From Octopus sinensis (Eukaryota): a DNA stretch of 64,000 nt. A program made the position numbers and the translations under genes. Shown here one piece after another: positions 53,782 to 64,000 of the stretch. Position 1 is the stretch's first letter. The number at the start of each line of letters is the position of its first letter. Location: contig NC_042999.1 of assembly GCF_006345805.1 (NCBI RefSeq), positions 80,104,001-80,168,000 on the forward strand, in the 5' to 3' direction. The notes under the pieces were generated by a model. That model was not told the DNA's origin. It saw nothing but the letters and a program-made list of their open reading frames with translations, and searched no databases.

Positions 53782-54226
53782 TATGTATATATATATATAT
53801 ATATGTAGATATACATGTATCCACACAAATCCAATTTGTGCTTGTGTGTGTACATATTTACATATAAATATATATCTATAAATATCATCATCATTATTAT
53901 AGTCATTCAACACCCACTTTCCATGTTTGACTGAGGACTGGCAAGCCAAAAGGCTGCACCAGGCTCCAATCTGATCTGGCAGGCAAGGTTTCTATAGCTG
54001 GATGCCCTTCCTAATGCCAACAACTCCATATGCATTTATATATATATATATAGGAGTGGCTGTGTGGTAAGAAGCTAAGAAGCATGCTTTTCAGCCACAT
54101 GGTTCTGGGTTCAGTCCCACAGTGCAGCACATTGGACAAGTGTCGTCTACTATAGCTTTCAGCAAACCAAAGCCTTGTGAGTGGATTTGGTAGATGGAGA
54201 CTGAAAGAAGCCTATCATATATATAT

Positions 54227-54280
<54 letters not shown>

Positions 54281-55399
54281 AAATGTATATGTGTGTTAGT
54301 GTGTATAGCTAAAACACCTTTCAACTTGCTCTCCTCCAATCATAAAGTTGCCCCTGCCCCCAGGGCACATAGCCTTGAAAGCAGCATGGCAACCTCACTA
54401 GTGATGGTGGCATGAAAAATGTACTGAGTATTTGCCGTAAAGTGGTGCCGTTAGGAAGGGCCTTCAACCATGGAAACCATGTCAGCATGGAACATGAATG
54501 TTGAATGATGAAGATGATTATACACATTCTTGATAAATATAGATATAATTACACATGTGTAAATTTGTTTAGATGTGTGTGTGAGTGTGTGAGTGTGTTT
54601 GTTTGCTTTTGCAATTTTATCTGGTAAAGTCATGTGTTTTGTAGTTACATAGTTTGTTTTTAGTAATGATTTACCATTACCACTCCTATGTCTCTACTCC
54701 TCCTTCTTTTCATATCAGAAGCCAGAAAATACAAGTTTTGAGACCTTGGGAGCAGAGCACCTAGTTCTAAATCTGAAAAGAGTAAATGAATCCCATGATG
54801 GTAATTCCAGTTGTTCAATTAATAGAACAACCAATGTATTAAATTCTATAGCATGTGGCTGATAATACTACACATATTACTTACTTTAAAGTATCCTCAG
54901 ACAAGAATCTGTAAAAGTTTTCAAATTACAGTTGTAGTCTATCTAATGATTTTCCACAATTTCTGTATAACTGGTTTCATTCAATAGGCTTTCAACTCAC
55001 CATCACCCAAGGCTACATTGGTAGAAACTAGCCCAAAGTGCTATGCAAAACAATCAAACCTTTGACCATATGATTGTGAAGCAAACTTCTATAAGAAATG
55101 AAAGCAGTAACTATAATGAGCAGTAGTTCATATCAGCTTCCAAGTGAGCTGGAATGAGCTTCCGCTATCTCTAGCGGACAGGTATCTCCTACTAAGAATG
55201 GGCAAAAATTGCCTGAAACCAGTCGGTCTGGTGATCTTATCAAGTTGCTCTCTTGCTTGCAATATATAATGGGTGCAAATTGCATCAATAACTAGCTAGA
55301 TGAGGTATCCTCTAGGGGGTTAAAAAGTGGTAGTGTCGGTTTATTCAGCTATTATGAAGTGGTGACAAACATTACTTCTTATTTAACCAGGATTACATG

Positions 55400-55720
55400 G
55401 AATAATCTCAAATCTCTAATAGAGTCTTAGTACATATACACCATCATCCCCATTGTGCAATTTTTATTAATAATGTTGTTGCTACAGACACCACTTCTGT
55501 ACATGGCGTAAATGACCTTCACAAACCATACTTCTACCCATAGTTTTCTTAGCAACCACCAGGGTACCACGAAGCATGGTACCTTGGTAATGTCCTTCTT
55601 CATGTCCTCAAATGCTGTGGATAATGGTTTCTTATTGGCTAAAACCATCTCTTGTTGTTGCATTTCTAAGAAGAGTACACCAGTGGTTCTGCATCTCTTC
55701 ACAAACCAAGTTCCATTTTA
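55400..55720 (-). mobile_element. RTE reverse-transcriptase fragment
   Basis: MQQQEMVLANKKPLSTAFEDMKKDITKVP...WWLLRKLWVEVWFVKVIYAMY is a decayed version of RQMQEK.LAK.KPL..AFVDLEKAFDRVP...WWA.RKLG..EW.V......MY. Confidence 0.85.
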
Positions 55721-57146
55721 TCTAAACTAAGACTTTCCTCTGCAATGAACCAGCATCAAATTCAGTGGAAGTGTTGGAGTCTTAATCACTTACATACCAT
55801 GGAAACTGATTAACCAGGCTTAATAATAATAATAATAATAATAATAATGATGATGATGATAACAACAATTTTATCTACTCTAGGCACAAGGCCCGAAATT
55901 TTGGGAGAGGGGCCAATCGATTAGATCGATCCCAGTACGCAATTGGTACTTAATCTATCGACCTCGAAAGAATGAATGGCAAAGTCGACCTCGGCGGAAT
56001 TTGAACTCAGAACATGAAGACAAACGAAATACCGCTAAGCATTTCGCTCAGCTTGCTAAGGTTTCTGCTAGCACTCTGGCTTCAATAATAATAATAAAGC
56101 ACCCTCCTGGATTAGCTTTGCCAATCTGTGGAGTTCAGTCAACTAACAGGTGTTTCATGATAATTATTGTTAATACTCTCCAGACTACAAAAGCTTAGAG
56201 GGTTCTTCTGAATGAATAGAGAGGGTGAACGGAAACAAAAAGATTACCAAACATTTGCAAAATGAAAAGGCATTAATAAATTCGATGTAAAGAAACAACT
56301 ATTTTAGAATTAAAAGAAACCGAAAGGGAGGTAACTCTAAATATGTTTACAGCAGTTGAGTCCCTTGAAAATTGCAAATTACAATGAAATGATTGAATTG
56401 AAAATTCTGTCCAGTTCACACAGAATAATAGTAATAGTGAAATAATTAAATATCTGACAATAAAGCAATTCTATGTTTGCTGCTGTGGTTTAGTGATTGT
56501 AATGTGCATGAAGCTGCAGAAATATGTGTTGGTATAGTGATGACTATTTTTTCTAACTTGCAGTTTTTCTCCTTTGTTGTACCTAAATATTAATAAGCGT
56601 ATTTGCTGCTTTACTCGTCTGTCTCTCACTGAATAGGCTGGCAATCTGTTTGACTGTATCGTTGTATCTCTCTTTCCCTCATTCTGCATTTGGCAGCCTG
56701 TACTTCTCTCTATAATGATTCAATACAATTTCCATCCCACAACTTGAAATATAGTGCAACTGATTTATTCCCTGAGAAATAAGAAGCTGACGTGGTAAAC
56801 CTCTCTTCCTTGCTCTTGAGACACTTTGTGGATGGAATCAGTCAAAGGAGGAACGTACTACTTTTATTTCACGTTAAAACTGCTTAAGAACGGTAACTCA
56901 GCTACTCACTCCCGGGAAAAGACGATACTGTGAACCTATATTTAAGGATCTTCATTATATATTCAAGTGAAACATACCAAAGGAGTCTTTCAGTACTTGT
57001 CTATAGAATATAGTAGAGGCGGTAGAGGGTAGTGCTTGTAGCCTTGATAAGCTCCTAACGAACACAAAAATGAGACAGAAATAACTGGGGACCATTAATA
57101 CAGTTTACAATTTAGTTTGAAATTTATAAAGCTTTTACGAGCTGAC

Positions 57147-57230
57147 AGGAAGGGTTATATATTGTATACAGGAAGATAGGAAGGGTTATATATTGTATAC
57201 AGGAAGATAGGAAGGGTTATATATGTATAC
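57147..57230 (+). repeat. 31-bp minisatellite, ~2.7 copies
   Basis: AGGAAGGGTTATATATTGTATACAGGAAGAT at 57147, 57178 and (partial) 57209. Confidence 0.95.
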
Positions 57231-58094
57231 ATTTGGTACAACAAACTTTTGGAATGAGCATCAGACAGCTGTGTGAATGAAGTACGTTTAGGTGAGTGAA
57301 GAAATGTGATTTGAAACGTTGAATATTTGGATAATTAATAAATAACTGTCGTCCTAAAAACGATGATAACCACCACATCAATTCTCAAAATGTAAAAGCA
57401 AGATGCCTATATAATCATTTAATCTCTGAACCAAATGGATTCATTATGTGGTTGTCTAACCAGCCAAAAGTAAGGGTTAAAACCCCCTCAAATCACACCC
57501 TATTATCTTTAACCCTTTATCATTATCCAAGTGTAATGCTTATTTATTTACATTCCTCATCATCATCACCATCGTTTAACGTCCATTTTCCATGCTAGCA
57601 TGGGTTTGACGGTTCGAACGGGGTCTGGGAAACCAGGAGGCTGCACCAGGCGCCAGTCTGATCTGGCAGTATTTCTACAGCTGGATGCCCTTCCTAATGC
57701 CAACCACTCCATGAGTGTAGTGGGTGCTTTAGCTCATAGCTCTGATGTATCAGTGGTGTGCTTGTGTTTAGAATGACACTATATGGTAGGTGTGAGGGGC
57801 TGGATCTGGGCCAGTTTGAATATAAAACAAGAAGAATATTTGGGCCACATATGGTCACTTTAAAAGCTAAAAGATTAAATGAGAAAAGGATGAGTTAGAT
57901 AATGAAGTCCCACAACGTGGTAAGAATGAGAAGAGTACAGCAGATATGATTTTGATAGAAATTCTGCTCTGCCTAAGTTGACCTGAAGGCTAAACATCTT
58001 AAACAGCATCAACAACAATAACCCATTTGATGCTGTTATTGAAAGGATAAAAAAAAAATTGGAAAATGATCAATTGGCTCTGATAAGGACTTAC

Positions 58095-58715
58095 CTGCAG
58101 ACGCTCCAGTAAATAGTTCAAGTCTAAAACATCTGTATAGAAATCAAGATTAAAGGCAAGTTTACCATACTTTTGAATGAGATCAGCTTTTGAGAGGACG
58201 TTCACATGAGGGAGACTAACTTGGAGCATTGTGATTAAAGAGGTGAGTAAAACTGAAATGAATTTGCCTGTATCACTGCAGTAGTGTGCATCTACTAAAT
58301 GTACAGCTACAAGTCTATAGTCAAGTTTCTGTAAGGCTTCAACAATGTTGTGGACTGCATTGTGGTGAGTGTAGAGTTCAACTTGTCCAGGACAATCAAA
58401 CATAATGTAGTGGTCTTTGGGGATGAGTTTTAGTTTATTAACCAGCCAATCTAGATTTTTATCAAGGTATTCCATGCAATATATGAGTCCTCCATTTGGG
58501 CCAAGTTTCAGATTCTCCATCACTTCCTCAAGAGTAATCAGTTCTGAGATATTGATATCTGGTGTGTAAGGAATGTGGTCGTTGGCAGGATCAAGGTTTA
58601 TGATTGACACCTTCCGTCCCAAATTTCGCATGAATTCACTCATTCCACGGCAGTAGGTGGTTTTGCCAGAACCAGGTGGTCCAATAACTAGCTGGGCAAA
58701 CATTGTAGTAGTCAT
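58095..58715 (-). CDS. GPN2: GPN-loop GTPase 2, first coding exon (207 aa, [19 protein letters not shown]...[11 protein letters not shown])
   Basis: P-loop [21 protein letters not shown] (GPN loop), DCPGQVE and SKAD motifs; ends at CAG|GTAAGT donor (GT 58094-58093, phase 0). A TTCAG acceptor at 58721-58720 lies 4 nt before the ATG, implying an upstream non-coding exon. Confidence 0.97.
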
Positions 58716-58929
58716 ATATCTGAAGTTAAAAATCATAATAAAATAAATAAAAAGACAAATTACACAAAGGCAACAGAATCACAAATAACATAGTCTAACT
58801 ACTAAAGAAAAGAAAAGAAAACAAAGATTAATTATCATATGCATATATGTTTTTATATATACATGTACACACACATATATATCATCATCAGAATTCTCAC
58901 ATTTGATTTCTCCATACTATAATGACCAC

Positions 58930-61110
58930 AACAGAAAGAGTTCTGGGTAGCAAATAAAGAAGAGCTAACCAACCTTGGATATCTGAAGAGAAACTACAAC
59001 TGGTAGATCAAAGAAGAGAACTTAAGATGACGTGATCAGCCACAGAGGATGGAGAATAAAGATATCAAGAGATCAAAAGAGCAGTGAAAAGAGAAGTGAG
59101 AAGAGACAAAAACCAGATGAATGGAAGATGTATATGCTGAGGTTCAAGATGAATTAAATAAGAATATATTTATTTACTACCCACAGGGGGCTAATCACAG
59201 AGGGGACAAACAAGGTCAGACAAAGGGAATAAGTCGATTACATCGACCCCAGTGCTTCACTTGTACTTAATTTATCGACCCCGAAAGGATGAAAGGCAAA
59301 GTCGACCTCGGCAGAATTTGAACTTGGAACGTAACGACAGACGAAATACGGCTATACATTTCGCCCGGCGTGCTAACGATTCTGCCAGCTCGCTGCCTTA
59401 TTCAAGATGAATTAAACAAGAATAACATGAGGAAGGCATACGACATTACCAAAGCACTAAAGGAAGGATTCCAGCCAGAAGTATAGAAACAACAAAGACT
59501 TAAAGGACAGAGTGCTTGATGATCTACCAAATATTCTCAAGAGGTGGAAAGAATATGGAGAAAGAGTACATCAGGACAATATTTCACAATCAGCAGACAT
59601 CAGTCAGGATGAGCTGACTTCCCAGCACTACTTGAGTCAGAAGAAAGAGACAGTGACTTCCCTAAAAAGCTGATGGAATTGATGGTCTACCTGCAGAACT
59701 GTTAAAAACAAAATTCTGATGATCAGATTGTTATACAGACTCTGCATAGCACTCTCCTTGACACTGGTGAATGGCTACCAGATTAGGTCAGATCAGTAAT
59801 CAATTCCAAAACCGAAAACCTGAAGAGCTATTGAATACACTAATCATGAACCAACACCTTCTTCAGCCACACAAGCAAGATCATAGAAGAAAAGTTTGCA
59901 GATGTACATATGATGGGATTTTGAAAGAAAAGTAGGAACAAGAGTTCAGATATTCAACCTATAGATCACCGAAAAGGTGTCCCTCTTCACATAGCTACTA
60001 TAGACTACAAAAAACCATTTGCCACAGTTTGACATACAAATGTCTGGTTTGTCTGGAAAAGGATGGGTGTGAATGACAAAGTTGTCACTCTGTTGTTGGT
60101 TCTCATAGATACTACAGATCTTAACAAGAACCAACAAACTATCAGAGTGGAGAAGGAACAAATAGAATGATTCTATATCAAGCAAGGAGTTTGTCCAGAT
60201 CATCTTGTTTCAGTCATTCACTTCAACTTCTCCTCTGAAGATGCACTGCGAGAGTCAGTTGACACAGCTAGTTGGATAGGAATTACAACTGGTAAAAAGA
60301 ACATCAACAATCTACAGTTTGCTGATGATATAGTCCTTATTGCAACATTATCAGAGACTCCATAGAAATTTCTGGACATAATGCGAAGTGTTTTGAATAC
60401 TAGCTGGAAATCAATACAAAGATGACAAAAACACCAAAGCAACTCAACATCCCATACTGAGGAGTTACCTTAGAATAAGTCACCAAGTTGTAAATATCTG
60501 GGAGGTACCATAGAGCAATAAGGAGCTGGAGGTCATCATTTAGCAGCGCAACTTATGGCAACAAGATCAGTTTTAAAATCACTCAATACAATATAGAAAG
60601 GCCAGAGCCCTTAAGAACATCATAGCAAAACCTCCTGAAGATATTAGTCTGGCCTGTGGAATTGTATGGACATGAAAGCTGGAGCCTACGAGTAAACAAT
60701 ACAGCCAGATTCAAATTTATTTACTGGTCAGTTCAACTGATTCTCAATACTGTTCAGTATTTCATTAATTCAAATTCAAGGCATTTGAAATCATGAGTTA
60801 CTGGATAGTACTGAGGATCAACTGGACTGACAGTGATCAAAGGAGTCAGAACTTGAGGAAATGGGAACAGAAAGAGAATTTTTGAATGAAAAAGCTGCAG
60901 TATTTTGGGCATCTCATCAGGGCCCAGAAACTCAGCAACCACATACTAGAGAAAAGAGTGAATGAGAAATGAGCAAAGGGAAAGAGACTGCAAAAGCAAC
61001 ATCAAAGAATGAACTGGAACTCTTTGGCTGAATGCACAGCTAAGAACAGTGGCAGAGCAATGAATGGAGAAAGATAGTGCATGCATCGATGGTCACTAGC
61101 TCTCAACAAT
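58930..61110 (+). mobile_element. BovB/RTE-type LINE, ORF2 3' two-thirds, heavily decayed and interrupted by a SINE
   Basis: Collinear motifs: WISEEKLQLV, KADGIDGLPAELLK, IDYKKPF, IKQGV, NINNLQFADDIVLIA (~60300-60345), YLGGTI, LVWPVELYGHESWS, KKLQYFGHLIR. Confidence 0.9.
59159..59400 (-). mobile_element. SINE family A (GAGCTGGCAGAA...GTCGACTTTGCCTTTCATCC) inserted into the BovB-like LINE, 16-bp TSD
   Basis: TTCAAGATGAATTAAA at 59143-59158 and 59401-59416; CpG-rich, young-looking copy. Confidence 0.93.
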
Positions 61111-61770
61111 GAGGATGAGAATAAGCGAGGCAAGGGACAGCAAGACAAACTAGATCCTTGTTCAGGAATGAATGCAATTTCTGTAGTAAGATATGGACTT
61201 ATGCCAACATGGCTAGTGTCTGAACATATATATAAAATAAACAAAGATACGTACATCTCATCCTTGTTATCAGCTTCTCTCTTTCCTGTTTCCTTTCCCA
61301 TACAGCTCCTGTCCACGCTAGGCCTTAAAGGCAGAGTAGCCCTGGGTCTTCTCCCACCCCTGCCATGCAACTTAGCTTAACATCTTTCCACTGTCTTTCC
61401 TTTAACTGTCCTCTTACAACAATAAGTCTTTTCCTCTTGCCTTATTTTACCCACTTTGATAATCCCCACCTAGAATCATTGTACTCTCTCTCTTTCTCTT
61501 CTGGTCTTATTCAGTTACACGGGTCACTTTAGGCCCTCAGTCTTTCTTGCAAGTTACAAGGTTACTTCATTAGTGTTGTTGTCATGAAAAACAACTAAAC
61601 CCACCAAGTATATCTGTAGAGAAGCGCATCAAGCCATAGAAACTACGCCAAAACAGACACAGGAGCATAATGCAGTCCATTGACTCACTGGATCATATTG
61701 AACCCATGCAAGCATGGAAGACGGATACTAAATGATGATGATGATGATGATTTTAGTCTACCCTAAGTGT

Positions 61771-62104
61771 AGGCACATGGATCAATGGTTAGAGCATCAG
61801 GCTCACAATTATGAGGTAGTGAGTTCAATTCTCAGACCGGGCTGTTTGTTGTGTTCTTGAACAAGACACTTTATTTCATGTAGCTCCAGTTCACACAGCT
61901 GTGGAAGTGAGTTGCAACATCACTAGTGCCAAGCTGTATCAGCCTTTGCCTTTCCTTTGGATAACATTGGTGGCACAGAGAGGGGAGGATGGTATGCATG
62001 GATGACTGCTGGTCTTCCATAAACAACCTTGCCTGGACTTGTGCCTCTGAGGGTAACTTTCTAGGTGCGATCCCATGGTTATTCATGACCAAAGGGGGTC
62101 TTTA
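61771..62104 (+). mobile_element. tRNA-headed SINE family C
   Basis: AGGCACATGGATCAATGGTTAGAGC...GAGTTCAATTC...GCAAGACACTTTATTTC...GGGGGTCTTTAC; homologous copies at 41337-41640(-) and 31310-31596(-). Confidence 0.88.
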
Positions 62105-62454
62105 CTCTTTTCATTACCTCCATAATGATAATAAAAGTTTCAAATTTTGGCACAAACCAGCAATATTTTTAGTGAAAAGTGGGGTTAGTCAATTGCAATG
62201 ACTCCAAAAGGACAAAAGACAAAGTCAACCTCAGTGCAATTTGAATTCAAACAGAAAGAGCTAAAAGAAACTCTGCAGAGTACTTTTTCTGAAGCACTAA
62301 GAACTCCTACTTAAATAATAATAACAATCCTTTCTACGATAGAACATAAGGCTTGAAACTTTTTGTTTTTGGTGATTGGGATAATTATAATCCTTCTGTG
62401 TTTTTGAGGGGAAGGAGCAAGTTGATTATATTCACCTTAGGAATTGATTGGTAC

Positions 62455-62680
62455 TTTCAGCTCCAGAGCGTCGGCTGCGGGGTCACTCCGAAAAGCTCTA
62501 TCTGCGACAATTTCATCTCAATCGAAGGAGAGGGACTTTCTCCATCCAGGTTGCGGATCCGTAGAATAAGCTGTCGGACGAGATGGTGAAGATGCCGACG
62601 ACTGCTCGATTCAAAGTCTCCCTTGACCACAAGTGGCCTGAACTCTTTACATGAACACCACCCTGTACATAACTCCATGT
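62455..62680 (+). mobile_element. CR1/L2-type LINE 3' end
   Basis: Frame reads PERRLRGHSEKLYLRQFHLNRRRGTFSIQVADP*NKLSDEMVKMPTTARFKVSLDHKWPELF, the CR1 C-terminal pattern RGH..KL......R..FS.RV...WN.LP......F K..LD. Confidence 0.85.
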
Positions 62681-63646
62681 CCCCCTACATGGCCTTGCTT
62701 TTTGCTTTTTGAGCCAAAAATTAACTAACTAACCTTATTGATCCCCAAAGGATGAAAGGCAGTCAGTCAACTTAGTCATTCCTCTTTTTGGAATTGATAA
62801 GTATTAGTGAAGTACCTCAATTATGCCTTTTATCTTTCCAGAGTGAAGGTAGTAGTAGTAGTGTAAGGTGAAAAAGAAAAAGGTAAACCACTGTAGCCAT
62901 ACTTGAGTTATTAACATAATGCATGATGTGTATGGATGAAGACAGCTGCATGAAGAAGTGCTGAGCTCTAATAGTGGAGGGAACCTTTGAAGGGGGTAGA
63001 CCCAGGATGATGTAGGACAAAGCGGTGAGAAAGGATCTTTGAATACTGGCCTCAATGACAAGGGACCAGGAGATGTGGCAATTTGCTGTATTTGAGAATA
63101 TGCACCAAGCTAAGTAACATTGCTGTCATTCATACATACAGGTTTGTCCTCTACAGGTGCCGGTGATACATAAAATGCACTTATGTCAGTATTGTGTTGA
63201 TGCACCTGTGCCGGTGGCACGTGAAAAGCACCCTGCACAATCTGTTAAGTGGCTGGCATTAAGAAGGACATCCAGCCGCAGAAAACATGCCACAACAGCA
63301 ACAGGAGTCCGGCCAACTCATGTAGCATGGAAAACAGACGTTAAATGATGATGAAAATGATGATGAAAATGATGATGAAAATGATGGTGATAATGATAAA
63401 AAACAATAACAGTAGTAGATACAGTACACTTTCAACAAAGAATCCATCCGGCTCAGCTAACAACAATCACTTCGTATATGGTCAGCAGAAGGACAGGTAT
63501 TATTTTTTTAAAAAACTAACACGGTAAGGTAGGATTTAAGTTGAATCCCGCAGCTATTTCTGTCAATTCTGACGATAAAATTTCTCTTATCGGTAAGCAT
63601 TCATTGAACCAAGTTGGGAACGGGATGTAAGTTCCAACTGTTTGTT

Positions 63647-63882
63647 GGTACTACTTTAGAAGAGTGGTCTCGGTGCGCGTACTCGCGCATCCGCGCTAGC
63701 TAGTCGTGACTAGTCGATCCTTACTTTGTGTTTTATTTACTTAGTTTAAAAAAATTATTTTGCGTAAAAAGATGATTTATTTTGTGTTTTATTTACTTTG
63801 CTAGGTAGTCGTTGTAGGATTGACTTGTCACTACTAGCTAGCGCGGATGCGCGCACCGGGACCACTCTTCTTAAGTAATACC
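63647..63882. mobile_element. 236-bp MITE with CpG-rich TIRs, 9-bp TSD
   Basis: GGTACTACTTTAGAAGAGTGGTCTCGGTGCGCG... mirrored by ...CGCGCACCGGGACCACTCTTCTTAAGTAATACC; CTGTTTGTT at 63638-63646 and 63883-63891. Confidence 0.95.
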
Positions 63883-64000
63883 CTGTTTGTTTACTAGACA
63901 ATCAAGCTGAGACCATCACATTTATTTTTCAGGCAGTGTACCTTAAAACAAGATTATTTTTTTAGACAAGTAGTTTTCTTTATAAGGCAGTAGATATGAA

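Noticed and set aside
57999-58736. 245-aa ORF as a single-exon or retrocopied GPN2
   Set aside because: Similarity stops at a canonical donor; the missing C-terminus is found as two in-phase exons at 14.6 kb and 4.2 kb.

Overview
Eukaryotic, AT-rich, microsatellite-dense animal DNA. The SINE/LINE families look like those of octopus-type cephalopods (inference from recognised repeats; no database search was run). One host gene spans almost the whole window on the minus strand: GPN-loop GTPase 2 (GPN2). It has three coding exons (58095-58715, 14598-14696, 4107-4316; 309 aa), separated by phase-0 GT-AG introns of 43.4 kb and 10.3 kb. The rest is repeat-derived: RTE-clade LINE remnants (one with a PHD finger inside the RT region, one BovB-like), CR1-type and gag/ORF1-type fragments, four to five Penelope-like (GIY-YIG) remnants, several tRNA-headed SINE families, three GG-ended MITEs with clean 8-9 bp TSDs, a long-TIR element and a 1.15 kb tandem duplication. 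The most interesting signal is a set of five decayed minimal hammerhead-ribozyme motifs in three repeat families. One family couples a Pol III tRNA-type head to the hammerhead, resembling a SINE/retrozyme hybrid possibly mobilised by Penelope-like elements. Also notable: a CpG-retaining domain (~37.5-50.3 kb) inside the large intron, containing a signal-peptide-like orphan exon and a possible poison exon. Most ORFs in the supplied track are artefacts of (TA)n/(CA)n/(GAT)n repeats.
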